Of a stretch of 64,000 nucleotides of DNA, positions 11,947 through 24,962 are shown piece by piece. The translations under genes were made by a program, and so were the position numbers. Location of the stretch: assembly GCA_964106645.2 (NCBI GenBank), contig OZ067039.1; one strand, written 5' to 3'. The stretch is from Podarcis pityusensis. Lineage: Eukaryota. The first letter of the stretch is position 1. Each line of letters begins with the position of its first letter. The notes beneath the pieces are model-generated. The model was given only the letters and a program-made list of their open reading frames with translations. It did not search any database and was not told the DNA's origin.

Positions 11947-12894
11947 TACTCTGTCTGCTGTGGATTCTCTCCTTCCACCAGCAAGGAAGGTTCTTGCTGT
12001 CCATAATCTCCAACAATTAAGGTTGGTTTAACAATTCAGTAGTTTTGTTCCTCAGTATACAAGGGTACATCTTGCAAGAGGGAATCTCTTTTACACCTTC
12101 TCCAGAGACTTCCGTGGCCTAGTGCTAAGTACTTTTCCTGCCTGTATGCTACACAAAAACTTCTCTGCTCACCTTCCCCCCGTCCTAGAACTCATTATTA
12201 AAATACTTACTACAGCTGGGCTGTCTGTCTCTATTTGCCTTCAGGAGAAGTTGGTCAGGATCAGGTCTAGAGACCTCCCTTATGAATGGAGATGGTCACT
12301 CTATTAAACCAAGTTAGGAATGAGGTGAGCAGTGGACTGAGAAGTGTTGTTTCCCTGTTCTTGAAAAGTCTCGTAGCTGAAGAGCCTTTGGCTTCAAAAC
12401 AAGGTAGAATTTGAGGTGCTGGCAGCGGCCGCCGCCGGTTAAACCACAGAGGTACAGCTTCCCTTAGAGACACCTGTACCGTTTGTCACACACACACCGG
12501 CTTTTTGCATTGTTCAGTCTACTTCCCACGGCAATGCCTTGCTTAGCAAGGCAGGAAGAACAATCCCTGATGCACCACAAAAGGAGGCACAAGGTGACAG
12601 AAAACATCTTTGGACAATAGGGCCATGCTTTTCCTCTCTTTAACAGTCCTAAATATTGATTAAGCCCTGCAAGGTTTGTAAGGCTGGTAGCAGATTGATG
12701 CCCAGAAGTAAAATTTATCTGTGCCGTTACAGACTCCCCCCCCAAGCTATCAGGATAGATAACTATGCCCTGACTTGCCAACAGGAAAGGGAAATTAAAG
12801 CTCGCATGCCAGACTCATATCCTAGGGCTGCTAGGTGCTGGCCTGTAAACAGAGCGATTAGTCCTGCAGTTCTTCATCCTGCTTCAGTCATAAA

Positions 12895-12903
12895 AGGGGG
12901 GGG

Positions 12904-12949
<46 letters not shown>
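12895..12949. repeat. G-run followed by a (GA)22 microsatellite
   Basis: Direct reading. Confidence 0.95.
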
Positions 12950-12952
<3 letters not shown>

Positions 12953-15328
12953 CACCATAACCTTGCAGTCAACGCAGCTGCAGCCTTCAGTGATGTTTAC
13001 TGGTCTCGAGTCATTGCCAGGAAGCTGGATGGCCAGATATTGTTTGCACAGCCTTGGGGAAAAAGATATGGTACAGGATGGCTGCTAGAAGCAGCTGAAG
13101 TTTTACCCATCTCTCCATTTTACTGATTTTACCTTGTTTCTTTTGTAAAAACAAAAACAAAAACCCACAAAGAGGTCAGCTTCAGCCTTCTTTGGTTCAT
13201 TTTAAGCTTCTGAAGTTTGTATGTAACATCAGAACTCTGGTAGGATAAGAGAGGGTTGGCTTTTATCCACATCCTTGCTAAACATATCCCCAATTTTTTC
13301 AATAGATGTATAAATGAATCAGCGTAGGTGCTCAGCATAGGGCTGTCTTCAACCAAGTCCTCCAACTAGGACAAGGGCTTCTGTCTATGAAACGGGACAT
13401 TCTCTTCCCACATCTGCTCTGGGGGTTTAAGGAACCCCTAGAACAGATCAGGAGGAATTCATGGGGAGGAAAGAAGAGGAAGTTCTTTTGTGTGGGTGGT
13501 GCTACTGGGACAAATTTGCCGGTTAGAACTCAGTCTCTAGCGCTCATGTTACAGTTTCCAGTTTTGTGTGAAGTCTTGAGGGGTCCAGTGAATGCAATGC
13601 TTTGTACTGAGACAGCAAAGCAGGAGTGAGGAGCTCTGTGGCCCTCCAGGTGTAGCTGGACTTCAAACCCCCATCAGCCCCAGCCAGCATGGCCAATGGT
13701 CGGAGATGGTGGAAGTTGTAGTTCAAGAACATAGAGCCACAGGTCACCCCCATCGCTGTACACATACAGCTTGTGAGACTTCACCAAAGGCTTTTATTGG
13801 TAGAGTCTCCATTCTTACAGATCCAGGACCCATATGTAATCTAGACATGCATCTGGGGATCCTTTTCTTTTTTCCCCCTTTTACCATGTATTTGTGTGGT
13901 GGTAGCATGACTTTTATGACCCACCTTAGACCACCTTTGTTGAAGACAAAGGGTTTAAATGCTCCTGGTATTGGGCAGTCTGGCCTCATGCGAATGCCTG
14001 CTTAGAGGTCTCTGTGTGCAGAGTTGCTTGCAGCCATACACACACTTTAATTTTATGCTACTAGCTTGCAGGTCAGAGTCATCATCAGTAATGAGAAGTG
14101 ATGGATGCAGGGCTGCTCCCATTTTCTAAAATATATGAATAGAAGTTCCAGTTGGCATTTGGGACTACTTCAGCCTTTAAGAGTTGTAGAAAACAAACAA
14201 ACCCACCAAATCACATTCCCACAGGTTTGCATTGTTTCCTTTACAGCAGAAGGCAGAGGCGTCCCAGCCACCAGGCAGGGGAGGCCACTGTTTCAGGCAG
14301 CAGAAACTCCTCAGGCAGCATGCCTGTGGGTGCCTTGCCTACCCCCTCCCCGGAGAAGCCCCACTACAATCAGCACCATTTTTGGGCAAGTTGGCAGCCA
14401 TTTGGGGCAAGATCTCACCTGAAACCAGTGCAATCTTACCCCAAATCAGCACTGATAGTGGTGCCACTCCTCTGACAACGGAGCATGGGGTAGGATGCAT
14501 GGTGGTGGCAGAACAGGTGGCAGCAGAAGGTAGGAGATGGCAGCAGCAGAACTTCCCCTTTAATCTCAAGCAACAAAACAAAACGGGACACACCACCAAG
14601 AGGGCATTAATCAAGCTCACCTCTGGAGACAAGGGTCACATTCCAGCATGCCTTTAAGGGACAGGGTTTGTTTTCTTTTGATTTTGTCCTACTTAAGTCA
14701 ACAGAGCCAATATAAATTCTCTCTGAGCTCTAATGTGACCTTTATAAATTAGTATTTTATGCATTGCCTGGGATAGGGAGACCAAGTAAATCCACTTAAA
14801 AGAACAGTGGACTGGCCAAGGCAACGTCTCCAGGGTTGTAGCTGGGATTGTCTTTCGGGCTAATCCTATCAAGACGCTGATCATTAGCATGCGGATAATT
14901 ATATTCTTAGTAACAAACAACCATAACACCTAATCTTCTCCTCCATACAGCTTTATATCTCACAGGAAAGGGATAAGCAGAGCTGGACTGTTAGCGATCA
15001 CTCCCTTTTGGACGGTGCTAAGGCACATCTAGGAAGCGTTGTCAGCTGGCTGGTATTTCTTCTCTTTTGTTAGACAATATACAGTTGCTAGATACGTCAG
15101 TGTCATTTTTCAGAACTGACCATGACAGAAAAGGGAAGTGAATTCTCTTTAAATCTTTAGCATTAGAACATCTCTACCTTTCTCTCTGCTTGACTCAAAT
15201 CTTTGGCAAGGTCTGGGCTAGTTGCCTCCAAGTTTCATTTTGACAGGTAAAAGTAATAGATGACAGAACTGGCATCTGATACAGCTTTCCAGTTCTCTGA
15301 TTTAATCAGAGTAGCTCCCACACTAACT

Positions 15329-15814
15329 ACTTCAAGAAGGACACTGACAAACTGGAACGTGTCCAGAGGAGGGCAACCAAAATGGTCAAAGGCCTGGAAA
15401 CGATGCCTTATGAGGAACGGCTAAGGGAGCTGGGCATGTTTAGCCTGGAGAAGAGGAGGTTAAGGGGTGATATGATAGCCATGTTCAAATATATAAAAGG
15501 ATGTCACATAGAGGAGGGAGAAAGGTTGTTTTCTGCTGCTCCAGAGAAGCGGACACGGAGCAATGGATCCAAACTACAAGAAAGAAGATTCCACCTAAAC
15601 ATTAGGAAGAACTTCCTGACAGTAAGAGCTGTTCGACAGTGGAATTTGCTGCCAAGGAGTGTGGTGGAGTCTCCTTCTTTGGAGGTCTTTAAGCAGAGGC
15701 TTGACAACCATATGTCAGGAGTGCTCTGATGGTGTTTCCTGCTTGGCAGGGGGTTGGACTCGATGGCCCTTGTGGTCTCTTCCAACTCTAGGATTCTATG
15801 ATTCTATGATTCTA
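15329..15814 (+). mobile_element. CR1 LINE, 5'-truncated 3' fragment (ORF2 C-terminus, 3'UTR, (GATTCTAT)n tail)
   Basis: Peptide ...[31 protein letters not shown]...[34 protein letters not shown] is the typical CR1 ORF2 end; tail gattctatgattctatgattcta. Confidence 0.95.
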
Positions 15815-16032
15815 CTTCTGTGTGCAGGAGGGAGCAATTGATACAAGTGAGCCAAATATACAGCACATCAGTGATAGGCCATAGCCTCTATTTTATTTGT
15901 TGCTTAAATTTCCATTTTGCAGAAGTGCTTATATGGACACACTCAGTATGGACATTTCTGGATTTTGAGTATCTAGCTAAGAAACACCCAAAACTTGATT
16001 ATTATTATTTTTTTAAAAAAAGGAGTACAGTA

Positions 16033-16292
16033 CAGTCATACCTTGGGTTGAATGAGCTTCAGGTTGAGCGCTTTCGGGTTGCGCTCCGCAGCAACCTGGA
16101 AGTAACGGTGCACATTACTTCCAGGTTTCGCCGCTCGCACATGCGCAGACGCTCAAAATGACGTCACGCACATGCGGGGAAGCAGCAAAACGCAACCCAT
16201 GCACTCGCAGACGCACCGCCACGGCTTACGTTCTATTCAGGATGCGAACGGGGCTCTGGAACGGATCCCGTTCGCATCCCAAGGTACCACTG
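16033..16292. mobile_element. Related TA-flanked MITE with an internal hairpin
   Basis: TA|CAGTCATACCTTGGG ... CCCAAGGTACCACTG|TA; internal inverted repeat cctggaagtaa...ttacttccagg; CpG-rich. Confidence 0.85.
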
Positions 16293-16294
16293 TA

Positions 16295-16400
16295 TAAGAA
16301 CATAAAAAGAGCCTGCTGGATGAGGCCAGTGGCCCATCTAAACCCAGCATCCTGTTCTCACAGTGGCCAACCAGATGCCCATGGGAAGCATGTAGCCAGG
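16295..16400 (-). mobile_element. LINE 3' tail fragment (CR1-like, TTCTTATG-type tail), antisense
   Basis: taagaacataaaaagagcctgctggatgaggccagtggcccatcta... matches a common squamate retroposon 3' end in reverse. Confidence 0.6.
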
Positions 16401-18854
16401 AACCAAGTATATAGTCTTATGTGACTGAATATTTTGGTTCTCAGAACCTCTGACAAAAAGGGAAATCTATGGACTGGGAATCCTTTTGAATATTCACCGA
16501 TGAAGAGCCATAGATCTGTACAAAGGGTTGATGTGGCAGTCCATTTCAAGAAGAGATAGGGAACCTGGTGCCCTGCAGATGCTGCTGCTCTGCAACTCTC
16601 ATCATCCCTGAAAATGAACCATGCTAACTGGGACGGATGGGAATTGGAACAAAACTTCCTGAGGGTCACAGGTTTACCTCTCCCGGTTATAAGGAAGTGG
16701 TAGCATGGTTTGCCAAGATTCTCCCCCTCCCCCTTACTTAAATGACCAGGTTGTTGTTGTCTGCTCTCCTTAGTCCAGATCACCCCATTATTGGAGATAA
16801 GGGCCAGTTCTTAATCAAACGGTGTCTAATTTTCAACAGACCAAGCTCTTCTACCAAACACTTGGCTAATTTCAGCAGTTTGCTGCCCTCTACTGGAAAA
16901 GGGTGGTCCTCCAAACAAATATCTAAGCAGGAAATTGACAGCAAGGACAACTGCAACTATGGTGGCGATATGCAGACTCAATTGCTTTAGAAGGGAATGG
17001 ACCTTATTGAGAAAAACAAGGTAGGAAAGGATAGTTGAGCGCCAGCACTATTTCCAATGCACAAAGACATGTCAACCTAATTTGTAAACAACCAGTGTGT
17101 TTGGATAGCCAATGCACAACTAAACCATGGCATGGTAACAGAGCAAATCAGTTGAACATCTGAAGTGGGAGAGAAAATCCCTCTTCCCTTCTCACTATTA
17201 TGATTACTTGATAATTAGGGAATTGCCTTCCACATACATGTCCCAGGTGACCTACAGCCATGTCCCTAAAAGGCAGAAAAGAACAACCCAGTGTAGGTTT
17301 AAAATCACAAAATGAACACCTAAGGCAGGTAACTTTTCAATTAGCTGAAAAGGCTTGCAGAAACAAAAATGGTACCAGTTGTTTCTAGAAAGCATACATA
17401 GTGGGCACCTGCCATTATCTCAGCAGGAATGCTGCTCCGTAGAATAGGGGCAGCTATACTGAAAGCCCTGGTCTGAGTTACTGTGGGGTTGACTTTTGGT
17501 ACCTTTGGAACTTTTAAAGACAAACTCTCCTACAAAATGCAGTATATAAGGGATATATAAGGGGAAAGTGGCTGGCAGCAGGCTGACAGCCAATGCAAAT
17601 CCCACAAACAAGATGGTACCATACTAAAGGGATTCTGCCAGGAGGACAGTGAAACTCTTTCCCCACCAATGCTGCAGAGGGAGACCATGAAAATGAAGGC
17701 AAAGCTGCAAATAAGCTGTTCAGGTTCAAGAATCTAAATCCTGTACCGCATAACTGTTAAGAATTTGCAAAGTCTTAAGAAACTGATGTAGGTGGCTTCC
17801 TACAGAGTTCAGTGGGGCTTACTTTCTAGTAACCATGTACAGTATACTTGGATCACAGCTTCAGCTATTTCCTTGGCTGGCTATTGTAGGACCCTGCGAC
17901 CACCATTCAACTATCAGACTGCTGTCTTGAAGTTAAATGCAGTATTATTCATAGCTGCTGGCAGAAACAGGAAAGGCCAAATTTTACAGCGGGCTGCACA
18001 GGAGGCAAACATTGTTCATTGCTGAATGCACCTAACTGAATTAGAAAAAAGTAGAAGTGAATACTAGACCCATCAAGGATATGGGGGTCTCTTAAAATTG
18101 ACCACATTGATACACTGGTATATTAAGCTGGAGCAAGTTTGGGAAAAGAGGAACTTGTGGATAGTAAAGCGACCAGAACAAGGGATAGAGGTACTCTGTG
18201 AACACTTGCAATCTCAAACAGACACAGAACATAGGCAGGAAAGTGTGTTAAATGTTTAGGGTTTTGATTGGGACATCTGGTGAATATTTTAAAGGATCAT
18301 AACAGGGAACTGTATTATTTTCAGAAATCTCAGCAAGACCAGGTGAACACATAGCTAGGATGAGCTCATGGTGGGAAAGGCTACTGAATTCTGAGGTAGG
18401 GTCAAAGTCACATGTGGAGAAAGAGGGAGAATCAGAGGGGCATTATGTTTGAGATAGCCACCTTATATGGAACCCAAGCTTTAAGAACTATATAAAAAAG
18501 GGCAAAAGCATGATGGGCGTGATTCTTTTGGATTTGGACCACCAAAGCTGTGGGTACATATGGGACTCTGGAGTGACAGGTAAGAACTGCTACCTTGAAT
18601 CTCTACTGTTTAAGAAATACCTTGTGTTTCTTCTTTTAAATATTTCTGTGACTTTATTGTTTCAAATGTTTGTAAGAAATTGTGTGAAACTTGTTTAAAC
18701 CATAACCACATTTGTTCCGATTGCACTCTAAATCCAGAGAAAGACCAAGGTCAACAAAAAGGTGATTGGAAAGCTTTGTAGAAGCTTCCAGATCAAACTC
18801 TGGTAACTAATTAAAGTCTCCTAAAAATTAATTCCTACAATATAATTACAGACG

Positions 18855-18957
18855 CTGGATGGCCATCTGCCATATGTGATCTAGTTGAGATTCTTGCATT
18901 GTAGGCAGTTGAACTAGATGACCCCAGGGTACCTTCCACCTGTACAATTCTATGATA
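18855..18957 (+). mobile_element. Degenerate CR1 3'UTR fragment
   Basis: ctggatggccatctg...ttgaactagatgacc...ccttcc...attctatgata resembles the tail of the 15329 element; similar remnants at about 9709-9752 and 56799-56850. Confidence 0.7.
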
Positions 18958-19139
18958 ACAGACTATTCCCTTTTTTTACCAGTGATGAGTTTTCTAGTAA
19001 AACATAGCTAATTCCTCTCAGCCACATAACTATAGCCTAGCACTGAGTAAGTAGCACACCACCTAGCATGCAGAGAGCGAAGCAGAGATTCACAACTTCT
19101 TTTCAGATCTATGTGGTCGCTCTGGCTAAGTAAAGGATG

Positions 19140-19210
19140 TTGTAACTTCCAGTTAAGCCATATCAAACTTATGTTTAATTTGTCTGATATGGCTTAACCG
19201 AAAGTTACAA
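19140..19210 (-). repeat. Inverted repeat, 29-bp arms and 13-nt loop (hairpin)
   Basis: Arms 19140-19168 and 19182-19210 match at 26/29 positions. Confidence 0.9.
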
Positions 19211-21799
19211 GTTAATTAAAGGCAATCTGTTCTGTCTCTGATATCCTTATCGAGGCTATAGGGGTTGATTAAAAAGTGCTACACAAAACTAAAGGCCAAT
19301 TCACTGTTGCTTTCAAATTGCAGAAGCACAAAGTCACATTGGGCTTCTGATTTCCTCTATGCAGAAGGGTACAATAATATCTAAAGCATTTCCTAGAAAA
19401 TGCAAGGCAGTAATCAGGATACAAATTCAATAAGAAGTTGAAGCTCTAGCAGAAGATATATTCTAGTCAGCATGCTGCACTGCATCAAGTATTTCAGAAT
19501 CCTACAAACTGTGACACTGCAAGTTAGTTACTGCACATAAGGAAAAAGATTATCACCCAATGTTTAGATGAAAGCTAAGTACAAGTGAAGTAATGGAAAA
19601 TAAGGCTTTATTTTTAAAAATTTAAAAACGAAAAACATGAAAATCATTCAGAGAACAATTCAGAGCACTCCCACCCTGGTTCCATTAAATGATTAGACTT
19701 AACGAGTTGTTAGCGGAGGTGGCACTTTAAATGTTGCTGAAACAGTCCAGAGACTTCGCCCCTCACAAAAGGGAAGAATGGAGCTCTAGTCTAAGGGTCT
19801 CTCAGGTATCCTCAACACAATGACAGAGTCATTAGGAATTCGAGAAATAAAAGGTTTTAGCACAGTTCCCCAAGTAAGAAATGGCTGTTGCTGAAAGCTG
19901 TTCAGAAAAAAGGTTGATCCAGTTTAACTGAAATATGCAAGAAGAGCTAATAAACCCAGGACTTTCTTTGATGCAATCACAAGCTCTCAGTGAAATTTTT
20001 CATTGGATGGGTAACTGTAAAACATGCATCCTTTTAAAATGCATAAAGTGCCTCCATTAACAAAAGCAGATGCTCTAATAACAGTACAGCATTAAGGACC
20101 TGAAAATGAAGTCGGAGCTAGAGATATATTGATTTGTAAAGCCCCTGTTGCTTAATTAGTGTTTAATAATGATCCTGGCTAGAATCATTATAATCTCATT
20201 ATATAAGTTTCTAGGTATCATAGTTACAAAAAAAGGCAAGTATTAGCCATTGGACTTTGAGGCAGCAACTTCAGGTCTAACTGCAGCTGGCATAATATAA
20301 ACACTGCATTGGTTTTCAAAGAGGCACATTAAGGGGGGGGGGAGTTTGTGAAAAGCAGTATCTTTAAAATAAGAGTTGTGATTTAAACAACGATCAGCTG
20401 TAAATTTTCTCTGCAAGGATTATTTAGAAGCAATATTGCAGTTTTCACACTCTTGTCACCCCATCACAAAGGAATCATTAAACCAAAAGCTTGGAGTTAT
20501 TTACTTCTGCTTGCAACTCTGGGCAAGTAAAGAATTCAGGATCCTTATTCCCAACCCACGGCTATCTGAATGATTGGTACTTAACAAAACCAATTTACTT
20601 TCCTCCAGCATGACAGCTGCCTGGCTTCAACTCCGCAGAACAGGAATATAGTTGGCATCTGGCAAAACAATGAAAATGACAACACTGAAAGAGCGCAACT
20701 GAAAGGAGCTAGCTAGCTACTCAGATGCAAGATGTACATTCCTATAAATAAAATCTACAACTTTTTTAAAGAAAGAAAGCCCAAGTTTAATGTGGGTTTT
20801 TTTCATCAGTTTGGGAGATCTGGAATAAAAATATTCCCTAGTACAGTAACAGAGGCAAATAGCATCTATAAATGAACAAATCCCACTTGTGGAAGATATA
20901 CATTTAAAAAGGACAGTGATTGTAGCTGAACACTGACATGTTCAGTAGCCTATGGTGACTATTCCTAAAAAAATATAACTGGCTTAACCCTGAAATGCCA
21001 AATATCCATCAGTTTTTGATACAACGAAAAAAGCCACCCAAGTTTGTGTTTTAATGGCATATTTGATACAAGACAGAGAAAGTTAGCATATTGTACCCAA
21101 ATGGCAGGGCTCTTCAGCCTCACCCACCAAGCATACTTAGCCCCCAACTTCCAGATGAATTTTACTAATCAACTCAGTGAAGGTTTGTAATCCTAGTTTA
21201 AATAAATGTACATGGCTGAACAAATGTATCTGCATCCCGGTATGACAAACAGGAATTAAGACTTCTAGGTAAAGATGACATTCCCTGCAAACCTAGTGCA
21301 TAAAGGCCACACAGAATGTATTACACAAGTCTCCTTTTTTAAACACAGAAAGCAAAACAAATACACTTTCAATATTCTAAACCTCATGGTTGCAAGGAAT
21401 ACTTTAACAGCACGGGCAGATTTTGCCAAATTCTGATTGGCATGCCGAAGGTTATTGGTGCAATCCACGGTTGTCAAACAACGTAATGGCAGGAAGCAAG
21501 GCTAGAAAAGACCTTTGCCCAAGATATTGAAAATGCTGCTGCCAATGAGTAAATATTGGGCTGACTCAGGCTGCTTCAAATGTTCTGGTCAATGTTAAGA
21601 TATCTATACTAGTCCTAATTCCTTTCCTGTTGCTGTTCATCTGCCTCCTGAGTTACGAGTTCTTGGGTACCAGGCCACAAAAAAATTGGAACATAAAGTT
21701 ATACACATACAGCTTCCCAGGAAGTTGTAAAATCCAGGGGTATGCAAGGTAAATTCACCTGGTTACTTTCATCTGCTATAAATTTTGGAAAGGTGTTTG

Positions 21800-22274
21800 T
21801 GTTGGGAAAAAGCACCAAGGCAAAAGCCAGCTCCAGATGGCTGGAATGCAAAACAGGATGTTATGTTTTGCAGATGTACTGTTGGAGAAAAGGTGGAGCC
21901 TATTCTCTGTACTGAGCACCGGATGTTAGCTCAGTGTGTCATATGACCTGTACTGGAAGTACAGGGGAGGAGTGTGTGACTCTTCTGATGGAGTCTGAAG
22001 GGAACAGTCACATTTCTATGTACTGTTGAGTGACAGGAATAAAACATGTAGAAAGGACTCCTGTCTGTCTCATTTCTCCTCCCTGGGAGAATGCAGGGAG
22101 GGAGAGAGAAGCAGAGAAGCAGAGGGTGTGTTCTATCTCACATCTAATGAGAAGAATCGCCGGGTTTGTTTACCTAGCCTGCCGGAGGTCGCAGACGGAC
22201 GGTAAACACAGTATCTCGCTCAATTGCCTCGGGGGAGGCCAGGTACCTCTGCCTGTGAGCCTAAGATACTAACA
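21800..22274 (+). mobile_element. Solo LTR, 475 bp
   Basis: Starts TGTT and ends AACA; flanked by a perfect 5-bp direct repeat GTTTG (21795-21799 and 22275-22279); internal AATAAA at 22038-22043. Confidence 0.7.
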
Positions 22275-23079
22275 GTTTGTGCATTCGCTATGCATTTGGA
22301 TGCTTCTAAGATATTGTAACCAAACTTTGCATGATGGTTCCTGAGTTCAGACATCCGGTTCTCCTCAATGTTTGGATGCAATTTTGAATCAAGATAGTAG
22401 ACTGAACCTTACTAACGATACTGATTTTAACTGCAGTGGCTGAGCAGCATCAGGTACAAGTCTGCTAGTTTAACCCAAGTGTTTTAAGGAAAAAGAGCCT
22501 GGGAGAAAACAGTCATGGGATACAGAAGGCAGCCATCCTTTTAACACATACTGTTGGCATTCACAAAAAATGATAGTTTTGTGCAAGTATGGAGTTAAGG
22601 CTGGCAAGTGATATGTGAATCCCTGCCTGAGAGAGATGGTAGTATTTTGGAAATGAATAATTAGTACTTTCACAATGCATCAGCCAGTAGATGTGAATTC
22701 TCCCTAGGTTGCTGGTAATGGGGTAAGTAGAAAAACAAGAAGGGAATTGGGAAGCATACCCATTTAATCATTAAACTTGCTTTTAAGTGTTATTGGGGCA
22801 TCAGACCTTTTCACTATATTGCAGACCTTCAGGGTAGAGACTGTTGTGTATGGAGGTACAAGACCCATCTTAACACATAACACCCATCTCCATTAACAAA
22901 ACAAAAAACCTTGAAGCAGCAACATATCCTGAAAGAATACAGCTACCTTAAGATACACACAACCACATCTTATTTCAAGACAAAACACACACACGTAAAA
23001 ATACCTGCCATATTACAACAGCAGATACGAGTAGGAAGTTTCTGGGCTGCAGAGAAGCAGTTCTTCATAAAATGGGTTT

Positions 23080-23085
23080 TTTATT
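23080..23085 (-). terminator. Candidate JMJD6 polyadenylation signal AATAAA
   Basis: tttatt on plus, about 850 nt past the exon 7 stop; a GT-rich tract follows on minus near 22981-23000. Confidence 0.5.
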
Positions 23086-23929
23086 GTATTTTTTCAGACT
23101 CCATACACTCCATATAAAAAAGCTTTACCTTCATATAATGTTTCCAGAAGCTCCCACAGGGAGAGGTAAAAGAGGCAACTACAGCTTCTTCCATACCTAC
23201 TTTTTCTGGGGCAAACTTACAAACTTACTGCAAAATCCAGCAGCTTTTCTTTAAAATAGAAAGTATATGTAATTGTGGAAATGGACTGCTGGTTCAGACA
23301 TTACATATCTCACGAATCTTATTAGTCCATGGTTGGTTTGGTGTCATCAACAAATTAAGAATTACAAAAAGGTGCTTCTTACAGGGTGATCATTTTTTAC
23401 ACAACAGAAGGGTACTTAGTTGGATATAGCTAACACAGTGTCTCTTTTTGTGCTCTAGTTAAAGGATCTGCTGACTAGTTACATGCAGCAGAGGTTGTAG
23501 TTCTGACCTCCAGTTGTAGTGCACGAGAACTCAACTTGTAAACATATGACAATGTTGGAACTTGACACAGGCTTTCAGGAGCTACCTGCTTATTTTTAAG
23601 ATTACGTTTTGAATAGATATTCCCCATTTTCTTTTGCCGACTGCACAGAGTTGTGAGCCACAGCACAGCCTTGCAGAGGGCGGCATTGTCTTCTGATGTA
23701 TAACAAAGCTTGTTTGATGGAGTGCAGAAAGTTTTGAGAACATAGAAATCTCTAGTTTTCTCCTTTAGTAAGCAAGAAGTCAGCAGGTAATGGCAAGTAG
23801 AAGTTTGGATTTAAAAAAATAATAAAAAGGAGTGGTGAAGACTTGAGAAAGTTCCAAGCATACAGCTGACAGGAAGAATAGAAGACTGCTGGCTGGCTGC
23901 AACTGCCTTTAGATGGGTCTTGTTATCTT

Positions 23930-23966
23930 TCAGGGATGAGCACGGCTTCCACAAGATTCCCTAATC
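23930..23966 (-). CDS. JMJD6: JMJD6 alternative terminal coding exon 7 (414-aa isoform)
   Basis: Acceptor ttatttttgacag|G. Joined to the exon 6 internal donor TCCAG|GTGACC (24967/24966) it reads R-IRESCGSRAHP-stop, matching the recalled human long-isoform tail IRDTCGGRAHP. Confidence 0.85.
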
Positions 23967-24962
23967 CTGTCAAAAATAACAACAAAAATAAAAACACAAC
24001 TTCCTGTCATGTCAGGGCATGCATCTTTTAGCTTATGCAAGATGGCAGTAAAAAAAACTTTTCATAGAGAATCTAATGCACCTCAAGCTTCTTGGAAGTA
24101 GCTCCAGTTCTTCAATACATTTACTGCAGCGGAATCAGAAGTGGCTAGCCAATTATATGAATATCTGAGAAAAGTACTGACATAAATAGCTGGGAAAGAG
24201 TCTTTAATTACCCAACAATTCCCATCCTGCTAGCCTTCAGACCACACAAGCAAGAGAGATGAGATGCCATCTTTAAATGTTTACCTCAGCCACAAGCCTT
24301 ACCAAGAGCAGGACAACAGCTTTTCAGAGATCCACTTTTTTGTCTTAAAAGCAGAAACTCCTAAGCTTTATATCAACAGGATCCACCAATAGATAGTATG
24401 GTCAGAATCCACCTGCTGCCTCTGAAGAATGACCCAGTGGTACAAGAGACACCATTTCTTTTCCTTTGTTACCTACCACCCACCATTGGAAGCTTACCAG
24501 GCATAAGCTCTGACCTACTATTTGAACATCAACATCTACAACACCAGAGATACAAAAAAACTACAAAAAACCTGATAAGTATCTTCCAAGATATGATTAG
24601 CTATTCAAGTCTCATTCCTCAGTTGCCAGCTCTAGCACTTAACACCCCTATAAGCATGGAATCTGATTCTCTCTCCTAGAAATAGAATTTTTATACCTCA
24701 ACAACATTAACATTTTCAAGTTAAGGAGTTGTGAGTTGGACAAGCAATCAAAATGAATCAAAAGTGAAGAAATCTAGGTACTTTTGATAAATAGAAGTCC
24801 CAGTTTAGAGCATTAGAAATGAGAAAGGAGATGTGTGGGGTAAGGTGGGTTACAAGCACATGGTGAAGCTGCCCCCCTTTATGGACAACTCCCTTATACT
24901 CTCCTTGTCCGCAATTAGCACCCCAGCCCCACAAATCTGATGAGTTTCCATAATTTGTTTGG

